A stretch of 64,000 nucleotides of DNA from Opitutales bacterium. GTDB taxonomy: Bacteria > Verrucomicrobiota > Verrucomicrobiia > Opitutales > PNEW01. The stretch lies in assembly GCA_965197745.1 (NCBI GenBank), contig CBDANS010000007.1:1344001-1408000 (forward strand). The letters are read 5' to 3'. The notes beneath the pieces were generated by a model. It searched no databases. It saw only the letters and a list, made by a program, of their open reading frames with translations, and was not told the DNA's origin. Positions 9,967-19,956 of the stretch are shown here, piece by piece. The position numbers and the translations under genes were made by a program. Positions within the stretch are counted from its first letter, which is position 1; every line of letters starts with the position of its first letter.

Positions 9967-12552
9967 ATGCATCCTCATGAGGCTCGCACGGAAGCTTTGA
10001 AAAGATTTGGAGGTATAGAGCAGATTAAAGAAGAGTGTCGCGATGCTTGGGGGATACGAATGATGAACGATTTTATCCGAGACTTGCGACTGGGATTTCG
10101 CCAGGTAAATAGCCATAAACGTTATGCACTGGTTGTTGTACTCACGCTCAGCCTCTGCATCGGCGCGAATACGGCTATCTTCAGCATGTTAAACACTGCT
10201 TTGCTCAAGTCATATCCCTACCCTGAAGCTGGCAAGCTAGTCCGTGTCGTAACTGACCTCAACGATCAAGGACATCACAGAACTATAGAAGCCAACTCGC
10301 TACCTTCTTATTTTCGCTACCAGGAAGTCGAGTCCATCGCGGAATTGGGATTCTACCAAGGCAGCAGCAATATTATCACGCTCAAAGAAACAGCGGAATA
10401 CGTTAACGGAGTGCAGGTATCACCATCTTTTTTTCGCGTTCTTAATATACAACCGCTGCACGGTCGATGGTTTTACGATGAGGAAGGGGTAGACGGCCAA
10501 CATCTGGTGATCATTCTCAGCTATGCAATCTGGCAGTCGGTTTACAACGGCGATACTAATATCATAGGAAAGAACATCCAATTAGATGACGAGAATTTCA
10601 AAATCGTTGGTATCATGCCGGAAGGGTTTTATTTTATTTCCAAGGATGTTCGGTTTTGGCGCCCCTACCCGATTACTACTAACGTAAAGTCAGCGTCCCC
10701 ATGGGATTGGGAACATCTCAACTTTTTCGCTCGTCTCAAGCCGGAGGTTACCATTGAGCAAGCTCAATCCGAGTTAGATACGGTGGCAACCCGTATGGTT
10801 GAAGACTACCCGGAACACAGATCCTATGTTGAAGCCACCGGCTGGAGGCCACACCTGGTTAATTACCATGAACATCGCGTTGGGAATGCAAAGACCGTGC
10901 TCTACATGCTTCAGGGAAGCGCCTGGATAGTGCTCCTCATAGGATGCGTAAACGTCGCTAACCTGTCACTCACACGTGCCATCACCCGTACACGAGAACT
11001 TGCACTTCGCATCATGCTGGGAGCACGTATAGGCCGCATCGTCCGCATGCTTCTAACAGAAAGCTTTTTATACGGCTTGATGGGATGTGTGTTAGGACTG
11101 ATCCTAGCCTTTCTTGGCATAGAGCTTATCAGTACGTTCGGTCTTTACAGTTATCCACGCGATGAGTCGCTGAGTCTCGATACCACCGTACTTCTGTATA
11201 CTGTAACGATCTCTTTCTTATGCAGTTTTATTGTTGGTCTGCTGCCGCTTCTCTCGATCATGAAGGCAGACCTGGTTTCTGGCTCCCAAAGCGGTGATCG
11301 CACGACAACAGTTGGGTTAGGTGCTCAACGCATTCGCAGTTTTCTCATCATTGCCCAGATATCCTTGACCTTTATTCTACTCATTTGCTCTGCCCTCTTG
11401 ATTAAAAGTCTTACTGAACTACTCAAAGTTGACCCGGGCTTTAATCCGAAACGCGTTTTAACCGCCCGTATAAAGGCTTCCGATCGTTTCGAAACAAAGC
11501 AAATCAAGCAATATTTTTCTGGGCTTTTGGAGCGTATAAACCAGGTGCCGGGAGTCATCGCAGCTGGCACGAACGTTACATCGCCCTTTTTGAAAGCAGG
11601 TTGGTATAATTCATACCATATCGAAACCTATGACTATCAACCGGGAGAAGTTAACCAGAATTTCGCGACCAGCGTTGTAGATGGGCGCTATTTTGATGCC
11701 CTCGGATTGAATATCGTTATGGGCCGATCATTCGAGTTAACTGATCTGTCAGCGAATGCACATCCGGTTGTTGTCGTAGACAAGAACTTTGCCGATCTTT
11801 ATTTCCCTCATGGTGATGTAATCGGGAAACGGTTGACACGCGATGTCGGACCCGGATCAACCACCAGTGATAACCCAACCTGGTTTTCAATCGTCGGTGT
11901 GGTTGGCAACGTAAAGCAAAATAATTTATCGGAATCCGAAGAAAACCCGAAGCCACGCATCTACAATCTAGCCAGGGAAGGATACCCTCGTTACCAGCAA
12001 TTGATCATCCGTTTCGCGGATACTGACGATGTGGGAAATCCTCAATCTGAGGAAGCGATGATTGAGAGTGTAAAAGTTGCGATACGTGAATTTAATCCAA
12101 ATATCCCGCCTTACGACTTTCAAATGCTTGAATCACGCATCGACAGTACTTTAAATCAGAGAAGAGCGAGTATTCGCATCCTTCTTGCTTTTGCAGGTCT
12201 TGCTATCATTCTTTCGGCTGTCGGACTGTATGGTGTGATTTCTTATATCGTTGAGCAGCGCCGTAAAGAAATCGGTATTCGCTTGGCAATGGGTGCCCAA
12301 AGAAAAACCGTTATGCAGATGATCTTTAACCAAGGTATTAGACTAACTATTCTGGGATTGCTTATAGGCATATTCGGTGTCGCCGCTGCCAGCCAATTAA
12401 TCAGAAATCAGCTCTTTGAGGTAGAATCCGTAGATCCTCTGATCTACGCGTTGGTTGCTGTTCAACTTGCAATCGTTTCTTTTTTCGCTTGCTATCTTCC
12501 CTCACGCAAGGTGCTACGAGTAGATCCAATGACTGTCTTACGTTACGAATGA
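9967..12552 (+). CDS. Duplicated MacB/FtsX-type ABC permease (ADOP-like), 5' end clipped by IS copy A
   Basis: FGGIEQIKEECRDAWG prefix, IGANTAIFS, LLIGCVNVANL, RELALRIMLGA, RRKEIGIRLAMGA, DPMTVLRYE; the frame is open back to the IS end at 9940. Confidence 0.88.
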   Translation: MHPHEARTEALKRFGGIEQIKEECRDAWGIRMMNDFIRDLRLGFRQVNSHKRYALVVVLTLSLCIGANTAIFSMLNTALLKSYPYPEAGKLVRVVTDLNDQGHHRTIEANSLPSYFRYQEVESIAELGFYQGSSNIITLKETAEYVNGVQVSPSFFRVLNIQPLHGRWFYDEEGVDGQHLVIILSYAIWQSVYNGDTNIIGKNIQLDDENFKIVGIMPEGFYFISKDVRFWRPYPITTNVKSASPWDWEHLNFFARLKPEVTIEQAQSELDTVATRMVEDYPEHRSYVEATGWRPHLVNYHEHRVGNAKTVLYMLQGSAWIVLLIGCVNVANLSLTRAITRTRELALRIMLGARIGRIVRMLLTESFLYGLMGCVLGLILAFLGIELISTFGLYSYPRDESLSLDTTVLLYTVTISFLCSFIVGLLPLLSIMKADLVSGSQSGDRTTTVGLGAQRIRSFLIIAQISLTFILLICSALLIKSLTELLKVDPGFNPKRVLTARIKASDRFETKQIKQYFSGLLERINQVPGVIAAGTNVTSPFLKAGWYNSYHIETYDYQPGEVNQNFATSVVDGRYFDALGLNIVMGRSFELTDLSANAHPVVVVDKNFADLYFPHGDVIGKRLTRDVGPGSTTSDNPTWFSIVGVVGNVKQNNLSESEENPKPRIYNLAREGYPRYQQLIIRFADTDDVGNPQSEEAMIESVKVAIREFNPNIPPYDFQMLESRIDSTLNQRRASIRILLAFAGLAIILSAVGLYGVISYIVEQRRKEIGIRLAMGAQRKTVMQMIFNQGIRLTILGLLIGIFGVAAASQLIRNQLFEVESVDPLIYALVAVQLAIVSFFACYLPSRKVLRVDPMTVLRYE

Positions 12553-12734
12553 AGCTGCATGCATTTTTTCAACTACATTTGCTTTTTCATACGTTTAACT
12601 TTTACTACCAAAATAACTAAGAGGTCTAAAGGATCAATTTATCGACGGTAATAATTGATGTATAATTAGATAGTTAGTATTTGTGGGTAGCTAGTAATAT
12701 TCTCATCAATGTGAGTCCACGGAACTGCTTCTTC

Positions 12735-12941
12735 ACCTATATCGGCCTAATTATCGGGCTGATCGGAGCTATATTTCTTTCCCGTGTCATAGAGAGCTTA
12801 CTCTTTGAAGTCTCGCCAACCGACTCCTGGGGCTAAACAATTGTTATTATAACAATTGTAAGTACTGCGATTGTGGTCAGTATATTACCTTCGCTTAAAG
12901 CTTCAAAAATAGATCCAATAGTAGCGTTACGCTACGCATAA
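12735..12941 (+). pseudogene. C-terminal fragment of a second ABC permease
   Basis: Translates TYIGLIIGLIGAIFLSRVIESLLFEVSPTDSWG*TIVIITIVSTAIVVSILPSLKASKIDPIVALRYA*, parallel to the end of the 9967 permease, with an internal TAA. Confidence 0.8.
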
Positions 12942-12955
12942 ATTGGCAATATAGG

Positions 12956-12987
12956 TTGACATTATATATGTAGTTAAACTACATATA
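12956..12987 (+). promoter_or_regulatory. TTGACA followed by a perfect 11-1-11 palindrome (putative operator)
   Basis: TTGACA 12956-12961; TATATGTAGTT-A-AACTACATATA 12965-12987. Confidence 0.5.
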
Positions 12988-12994
12988 GGAATGT

Positions 12995-14312
12995 TGGTCG
13001 TGACCACGAAAACTGGTACACTTGAAAAGTTAGTCTGGGTAACCTAGAAAGGACTCAGACAATGAAAGGCAAAAGATACACAACTGAAGAGAAAATACGG
13101 ATGCTGCGGCAGGCGGACAAAGGGAAAACGATCCTGGAAGCATGCCGCGAGAACAACATTAGCGAACAGACTTTCCACCGCTGGAAGCGTGAGTTTGGGA
13201 TGATTGATGTCGACCAGGCCAAGCGGATGAAGGAGCTCTTTGAAGGAGAACGCGCGGTTAAAACGGATGCTGGCGGACAAGATGCTGGGGATAGAGATCC
13301 TGCAGGAGACCCTCGAAAAAAAACTGTAAGCCCTGGGCACAAGCGGCAAGTGGCAGAGAGACTTGTGGCTCGGGGCCAGTGTTCGATGCGAGCGGGGTGC
13401 CGGTACTTTCGGCTGCACCGTTCCACCTATGCGTATAAGGCGAAGCATCCGGATGCCTGGTTAATGAAACTGAAGGCGGCAGTAAGGCGGTTATCACGGC
13501 AATATGCCAGGTGGGGCTATCCGAAGATCACGAAGCTGTTGAAAGACGAAGGCTGGGAGGTGGGTAAACGTCTCGTGCAAGGTCTACGACGCGAACTGGG
13601 CTTGGCGATCCCCCAACGCAAGCCAAGACGTCGGGGCAGGGGTGTTTCCACCGGGCTGCCGACCAAGGCCGAACATCCCGGCCATGTTTGGACCTGGGAT
13701 TTTATCCACGATAAGACGGTCCGCGGTGGCAGTTTAAAAATGTTGACCGTGCTCGATGAGTACACCCGCGAGTGTCGAGTGATCCATGTTGATCGCCATA
13801 TCAATGCGGAAACGGTGCGCGGTATCATGCAAAAACTGCTTGCCCGTCATGGGCCGCCACAATATATTCGCAGTGACAACGGTTCCGTTCCGAGGAGCGA
13901 AGCGACGACATGCGAAGCCATTCATTGAAAAGGAATTGAGAGCCTGGCTAACTGCGATGAAAATCAAAACCCTCTATATCGAACCAGGAAGCCCTTGGCA
14001 GAACGGATACATCGAATCGTTGCATGCCCGTTTTCGCGAGGAGTGTTTAAACCGTGAACAGCTATGGACTTTGACCGAAGCCCGCGTGGTGATCGAGGAC
14101 TGGCGCTGGCTTTACAATAATGTCCGACCCCACCGCAGCCTCGGCAATATCACCCCACGGTGCTTCGCTGAAGACATTAATACCGAAGGCTTGGGCTCCA
14201 TTCGGGCTACGCCCTCATTGCGCCCAAGCCTTGACTTCCTCTACCAACTTAACTTCAACATTAACCTCTCCAGACTAACTCTCTCGGTGGACCAGTTTAC
14301 GTAACCCGATCA
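12995..14312 (+). mobile_element. IS3-family insertion sequence, copy B (isoform of copy A, disrupted, 1318 bp)
   Basis: Same IRL/IRR type as copy A; +1 nt in orfA (CTCTTTGAAG vs CTCGAGAAG) and a net +31 nt at 13888-13919 account for the 32-bp length difference. Confidence 0.93.
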
Positions 14313-14314
14313 TC

Positions 14315-14416
14315 CGAGTTTATAATTTTTTGATAATATCAGAGATAGCCCTATCAATTTTGCTTTTAGCTGGCGCTGGACTGATACTTAAAAGCTATCA
14401 TCATCTAAAGAATACG
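14315..14416 (+). pseudogene. Internal fragment of a third ABC permease, between two IS elements
   Basis: Translates RVYNFLIISEIALSILLLAGAGLILKSYHHLKNT, parallel to RIRSFLIIAQISLTFILLICSALLIKSLTELLKV in the 9967 permease. Confidence 0.8.
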
Positions 14417-15767
14417 TGGAGTGACCCCCAAAAATGGTATCATTAACAGAGAGAGGTTATCGGGATAAACAGATAACCTCAATGAAAAGAAAAAGATATA
14501 CAACAGAACAGATCATAGCAATACTGCGGCAGCCCGATACGGGCAAAACCGTGCAGGAAGTCTGCCACGGCAACAACCTAAGTGAACAGACCTTCTATCG
14601 CTGGGGCAAAAAGTATGGCAACTTGGAGCTGGCTGATGCGAAGCGATTTAAAGAGCTGGAAAAGGAGAATACGGAGCTGAAGAAGATGCTCGCTGATCAA
14701 ATGCTCAAGCTTCGGGTGTTGGAGGAAACGCTCTCAAAAAAATGGTGAGCCCAAAGCAGAAGAAGCGAGCAGTAAAAGATGCGGCTGAGAAGGGGCTGTG
14801 CTCGTTTTAGAGGGCTTGTGCTTATCTCAGCCTCAGTTGGTCAACGTACAGCTACCGACCCAAGCAGGCCAGTAAGAAGGCTCAGCAATTGGCCGAGCGG
14901 ATTTTGACCTTGTCCTGGGAACATCCCCGTTACGGTTACCGGCGCATTCGTGCCTTGCTGGTGAAAGAAGGTTGGGCGGCAAGCAGGAAATTTGTACAGG
15001 CAGTGCGACGTTCTTCGGGCTTACAGGTAAAGCCCCCGAAAAAGCGTAGACACCGTCAGGGGATCTCTACTGGGCTCCCTACTAAAGCAACCGGTCGCAA
15101 TCACGTCTGGTCCTGGGACTTTGTCCATGATCGTACAGACAATGGCGGTATGCTAAAGATGATGACCTTGATCGATGTACCGAGGAGCTGAAAGCGACGA
15201 CACTCAAGCGAAGCGAAGACATATACGCGTAAATGTTTACGCATCCGGGTAGCTCGACAGCTCACCTCAACCGATGTTCTCTCGGTACTCAGCGAAACCA
15301 TCGATGAAGAGGGAGTTCCTAGCTATATCCGCAGTGACAACGGCAGTGTTCCGAGGAGCGAAGCGACGACATGCGAAGCCATTCATTGCTCATCAGGTGC
15401 AGCAGTGGTTGTCCGACAAAAAGATCAAGGCGATATATATCGATCCGGGCAGTCCCTGGCAAAACGGTTTCATCGAGTCGTTTCACAACCGCTTACGCGA
15501 TGAGTGTTTGAACCGTGAAGTGTTGCTCAGCGTGGCTGAAGCGCAAGTTGTAATAGAACAATGGCGTCAGACCTATAACAATGAACATCCCCACAGTCGA
15601 TTAGGCTTTAAAAGCCCACAAGAGTTTGTCACATTCCTTTCCGCTCTTGGCCGCGTTCGGGCTACGCCCTCACTGCGCCAAGATCTCTCATATACATCAA
15701 TCCTAAAACCATTAACACCCGGTAGTTCTCCCACTTAAAATTTGATACGAAATACGGGGTCCGATCA
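14417..15767 (+). mobile_element. IS3-family insertion sequence, distinct type C, with a pseudogenised transposase
   Basis: IRL TGGAGTGACCCCCAAAAATGGTATCA, IRR (rc) TGATCGGACCCCGTATTTCGTATCA; orfA 14482-14748; orfB has a TAG near 14808 and inserts at 15178-15220 and 15349-15380; WSWDF and PWQNGFIESF motifs retained. Confidence 0.9.
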
Positions 15768-16670
15768 GGTCTTTTCGACTTTCCAGTTTCTTGGATCCGG
15801 TGAGGAGGTAAGGACGAGAATGTTGCGGTAGGCTTCAGGATTTGTCTGCTTGCTTCCGATTGACCAGTAACGGGAGCTCTTTTCGTCATAGCGGATAGTG
15901 AATTTAGAACTGCCTCCGGGAAAGTAAATAATATCGTTATTGCGATCATGCGAGAGTTGGAATCCGTCATCCGCAATGTGGACGATTGCCGCCTTGTCAC
16001 CCCCATATCCGTTAGCTCGCAGTATGTTGACCAGCTTGCCATCAGGCGCTAATATGATGTTTCCCTCGATCCACTCTATCCACTTGGAACCGGGCCAGTC
16101 ATAGCGGAGGGGTTTGCTCATATGCCAGTTGTCTGCTTTGAGCAGGTCTGCATCAGAAGAAATCGAAAAAACGAGCACCGACCATTGAGGGCGTTCTCCC
16201 TCGGCTAATTCAAAAGCACGCCAGATTCTACCGTTATGAATCAATAGGGGTACCGGCGCGCAATGATAATGGGTATCGTCCCTGATGAGACCGGTTTTTC
16301 CATCTTTCGGGTCCGTCCACGTATTTCCTCCATCGTCAGATCTGCGAATGATGACGTCGCCATATTCGCGACTGGTGCCAATAAGATAGAGAGCATCATT
16401 ATGAATGAAAAGGGTGGACAACCATTGACCTTTAAAACGGGAAAATTGCTTCCAGCTTTCCCCTCTGTCGTCAGAGCCGAAGACTGCCATTTCATTGTAA
16501 TCCGTCCCCGGTCCAAATAAATCGTGAGCGGCGACGTAATTACCGTTAGCAAGAACAATCAGGGTAGGGGAACCGATGAAAGCCTGGCTACTGGCGGGGC
16601 TGTGAGCAATTACAGTTCCGGGGACTTCGGAATGATCCGGCAGTCGTTGTTCTTCATTTGATGCAGACAT
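15765..16670 (-). pseudogene. Sialidase-like (BNR/Asp-box) beta-propeller protein, 3'-truncated by IS type C
   Basis: Asp-boxes SDDRGESW and SDDGGNTW; its stop codon is the terminal TGA of the IS right end. Confidence 0.7.
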
Positions 16671-16753
16671 AAAAAAAGCAATGATGAGAAAGCTGCAGTT
16701 GATCCATTCTGATTGCGCCCTGGAGGAAGACGTGATTATGGATCATTCACTCT

Positions 16754-17512
16754 TTATATTCGCACACGAAAATCATTCTTGCCGGAGCGATCGACGCCGC
16801 GCATGAGAAAAAGCGAACGTTCGGGAGCATTCGATGTGCCATCCTGCCTGTTCTTCTGCTCAATATCGCGGTCGTAGACAGAGGTGGAAGGCATAAACCT
16901 GAGGGTCAAACCACGCCGCGGCTTATCGGAACTGTTGGATTCTGAACCGTGCGCGAGGAATACATCATGCAGTGACATTTGACCGGCTTCGAGAACGATG
17001 TCGTGAACGAGACGTTCATCAAATTCTGATTTTTTAAGGACAAGAGGTAAGCTCAAAGTTGGATCATTATTAACTTCATGCTCACCTAAATGTTTATCTT
17101 TATGCGATCCGGGAATGACGCGCAAACAGCCGTTTTCGGTGTTTGAGGCATCCGCCGCGATCCACACGGTGCAAGTGGCAAGCGGTCGAATAGGCCAATA
17201 CTCACCATCCTGGTGCCAGGGTGTGGTGCTTCCTATTCTTGCCGGTTTGGCGAAAAAACTGGCATTCCAAAGGACAATGTCGTCACCGAGAAGCTGCGCC
17301 ACCATATCGAGGATTTCCGGATCTTTTGCGAAATTGAGAAAACCAGTGTCAAAGGCTAGTAAAGTGGAACAGAAGTCACTGAATTCGGGGTGGTGAGCAA
17401 TAAGTCGATCGTGGGTCTCTTTTATCTCGCTTAAAACTGTATTCGGAAGCCGATAGTCGGGAATGACATAACCATTTTCCCGGTAATAAGAGAGCTGTTG
17501 TTCAGTCAACAT
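16754..17512 (-). CDS. Phytanoyl-CoA dioxygenase (PhyH) family protein
   Basis: YRENGYVI, FFAKP, PWHQD, ENGCLRVIPGSH, HGS motifs. Confidence 0.92.
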   Translation of the reverse strand: MLTEQQLSYYRENGYVIPDYRLPNTVLSEIKETHDRLIAHHPEFSDFCSTLLAFDTGFLNFAKDPEILDMVAQLLGDDIVLWNASFFAKPARIGSTTPWHQDGEYWPIRPLATCTVWIAADASNTENGCLRVIPGSHKDKHLGEHEVNNDPTLSLPLVLKKSEFDERLVHDIVLEAGQMSLHDVFLAHGSESNSSDKPRRGLTLRFMPSTSVYDRDIEQKNRQDGTSNAPERSLFLMRGVDRSGKNDFRVRI

Positions 17513-17715
17513 GCTGAATTGTGGGTTTCTTTAGAGATAATTAACAGAAAGTAATACAAAATAGTGCGTAATAACTATATAAAAGCAAAAAATAATAATG
17601 CTCTCAGATCTTGATCATTAAGATAATATAGGTTACTCAAATAGGATCTGTAATTAGAGAATATATAGACTCATATTCTTCAATAGGTAATCTAAAAAGA
17701 TACAGGAAATTCATA

Positions 17716-19956
17716 ATGAAAAAGTCGCTCGCTTTATTTCTACTCGTAGTCTCATTCAGTGTTTCTGCTATTCTTAATGCACAGCCCGAATCACTCGATA
17801 CTTTATATGATTTTGAGAATATCACTGCCGATGGATCAGACTTCACTATCGGGGAAGCACCTTTTACCATCCGGGTCATTGGTTATACGCTGCAAGATGT
17901 AGAGAACCCAACTCTTGCTCACTCAGGTAATCGGGCGCTGGTCCTTGATCCCTCCGCCCCTGAACATAAAATATTATTCGAAAGAGGCGTCAACCTGCTT
18001 CAGTTTTATGCCGTCGACACCGCGGGCGGCAGTAAAATAGAACTCAGAGATAAAAATTTTATTTTTCTGGCTGATGAAGGTGTGGTCAACGGTTTGCCGA
18101 CCACGCACGGTCTGCAAAGTTTTGTCTCTTTCAGCGGAGATATCCAGGATTTAACGGATCTTAATTTTACTAACGGGATAAAAGAAATTAAACTCGTCAA
18201 TCCCGGTGGGCAAGTTGCAATCGATGACCTGGGTTTTACTTACGTCGAAGGGCCGCCGAATAATACGGTGTACGAGGATTTTACGGATTTAAATAATCAC
18301 CCGATTTTTAAAGATTTTTCTAAGCGAGCCAATTTTACTTTGGGAGTATCCCCATATTCTGCGACATTTACCGGTGGCATTGTAGCACCTACTGATTTCC
18401 CCTTGTATACTTTTGAACATACCAATCCTTTACTGGTAGATCAGGGAGGTTCAGGGTCCTGGTCGATTGTAAATGATACGACGTCAAACCAGACTCCGGA
18501 TCCGGCCGTGGGAATGATCGTCTTTGAAACCCCCGTTGTGCAGGTGCAATTTTATGCCGCTGTTTTTTTTGAGAACGATGGTGTCATTGATGTTTTCGAT
18601 ACCGAAGGAAACCTGCTTACGACGACTGATGACGTCCCGCTGAATATAAATATTGGTTACGAGGGAGATTTTACTTATTTCGATTTCAACGCGGCGGAGT
18701 TAGGCGCAGCCGGTGGGATAGGGAGTGTCCATTATACGAATACCCCATTTATCGGGGATACCGGAAGTATTCCTCAGATTAGTCTCGATGATATCGGGTT
18801 TACCCCTATCGGCGCGCCCGGAAGTGGTAACGAAGGACCGCCTCCAGTTCAAGGTCCGACAATTACTACCCAACCCACGAGCCAGGAAGTGCAGTCCGGT
18901 ACCGCTATAGCACTAACAGTCGCCGCCAGCGGTGATGATCTTGCTTACCAGTGGTATACTGGTAACAGCGGTGATACCGCTAACCCCGTCGCCGGCGCCA
19001 CCGACAGCACGCTAACCACCGGCGCCCTTACCGCGAGCACGAACTACTGGGCGCAGGTAACCAATGCCAGTGGCTCCGCTGACAGCGATACTGCGGTCAT
19101 CACCGTGTCAGCGCCTTCCATACCCCTCGTCCTTGACGGCTCAGGAGATATCGCCGGGGAAGACATTCAGCATGCCAACGGCAACGTCTTCGACCAGATA
19201 TTACTCACCGGAGAGTTCGTCCAACTCCAGGCCAAACCGGGACAGATCACCCGCGTTTCCTTCATGGACGAAAACGAGGACATTGTGCAGGTAGAATTCT
19301 CAGGTAACGGTACCTTTACCGTAACCCTCGACCCGGCCACTTTCCTGCCTCCGGCCGTCCCCCCGCGCTACAACCAGCAGGTTGAGTACGTGACGGGCAA
19401 GCCAAGCGTGATCATCGACGGAGCAGACGCCAATACCTTCTTCAGCATCTTCACGGTGGGAAGGATCAACGCCTTTAACCAGGCGCTGTTCCCCGAGGGA
19501 CAGGTCTATGACGCTCAGGCCGATGTGGCCCTCGTAGAAGTAGTCAACTCCACGGGACTGGGAGGGGTACAGTTATCGAATGCCGTATTCAGTGGAAGCA
19601 CGGGCAATGTCGGCTTCGATGCACGCGGCGTACCGATCGCGGTACGCTTAACGGTGGGCGACATCGACGCCGATGGAGATGCGGTGCCGCATCTCCTGTT
19701 CGGAGAAGGGTCCTTCACAGTGCCGGCAGGCAATCCCGGCTTGCGAATCACCGGAGGTGACCTCTTGCAGACGAACGGCGCTGCGGTCGTCGTCGCCGAG
19801 AGTGGTTCAACCACGACCGGGTTTGAGACCCTGATCACCCAGAACAACTTCAAGTCTGACGAAACGCCTCAGCCGACACTGAGCATCGATGCCACCTTCG
19901 CCAACGAAGACGGGGATGCGATCGAGGTTACAACAGAGGAATTGACGATCGAGTGA
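17716..19956 (+). CDS. Secreted multidomain protein with an Ig-like module and a conserved C-terminal domain
   Basis: Signal peptide MKKSLALFLLVVSFSVSA; two acidic beta-rich modules ending IDDLGFT/LDDIGFT; Ig module PTITTQPTSQ...LAYQWY...YWAQVTN; C-terminal ~275 aa shared with the neighbouring paralogue. Confidence 0.85.
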   Translation: MKKSLALFLLVVSFSVSAILNAQPESLDTLYDFENITADGSDFTIGEAPFTIRVIGYTLQDVENPTLAHSGNRALVLDPSAPEHKILFERGVNLLQFYAVDTAGGSKIELRDKNFIFLADEGVVNGLPTTHGLQSFVSFSGDIQDLTDLNFTNGIKEIKLVNPGGQVAIDDLGFTYVEGPPNNTVYEDFTDLNNHPIFKDFSKRANFTLGVSPYSATFTGGIVAPTDFPLYTFEHTNPLLVDQGGSGSWSIVNDTTSNQTPDPAVGMIVFETPVVQVQFYAAVFFENDGVIDVFDTEGNLLTTTDDVPLNINIGYEGDFTYFDFNAAELGAAGGIGSVHYTNTPFIGDTGSIPQISLDDIGFTPIGAPGSGNEGPPPVQGPTITTQPTSQEVQSGTAIALTVAASGDDLAYQWYTGNSGDTANPVAGATDSTLTTGALTASTNYWAQVTNASGSADSDTAVITVSAPSIPLVLDGSGDIAGEDIQHANGNVFDQILLTGEFVQLQAKPGQITRVSFMDENEDIVQVEFSGNGTFTVTLDPATFLPPAVPPRYNQQVEYVTGKPSVIIDGADANTFFSIFTVGRINAFNQALFPEGQVYDAQADVALVEVVNSTGLGGVQLSNAVFSGSTGNVGFDARGVPIAVRLTVGDIDADGDAVPHLLFGEGSFTVPAGNPGLRITGGDLLQTNGAAVVVAESGSTTTGFETLITQNNFKSDETPQPTLSIDATFANEDGDAIEVTTEELTIE

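Noticed and set aside
13888..15380. Inserts as CRISPR repeats or ribosomal bypass elements
   Set aside because: Not regularly spaced and no cas genes; no matched take-off and landing codons that would restore the conserved Glu.
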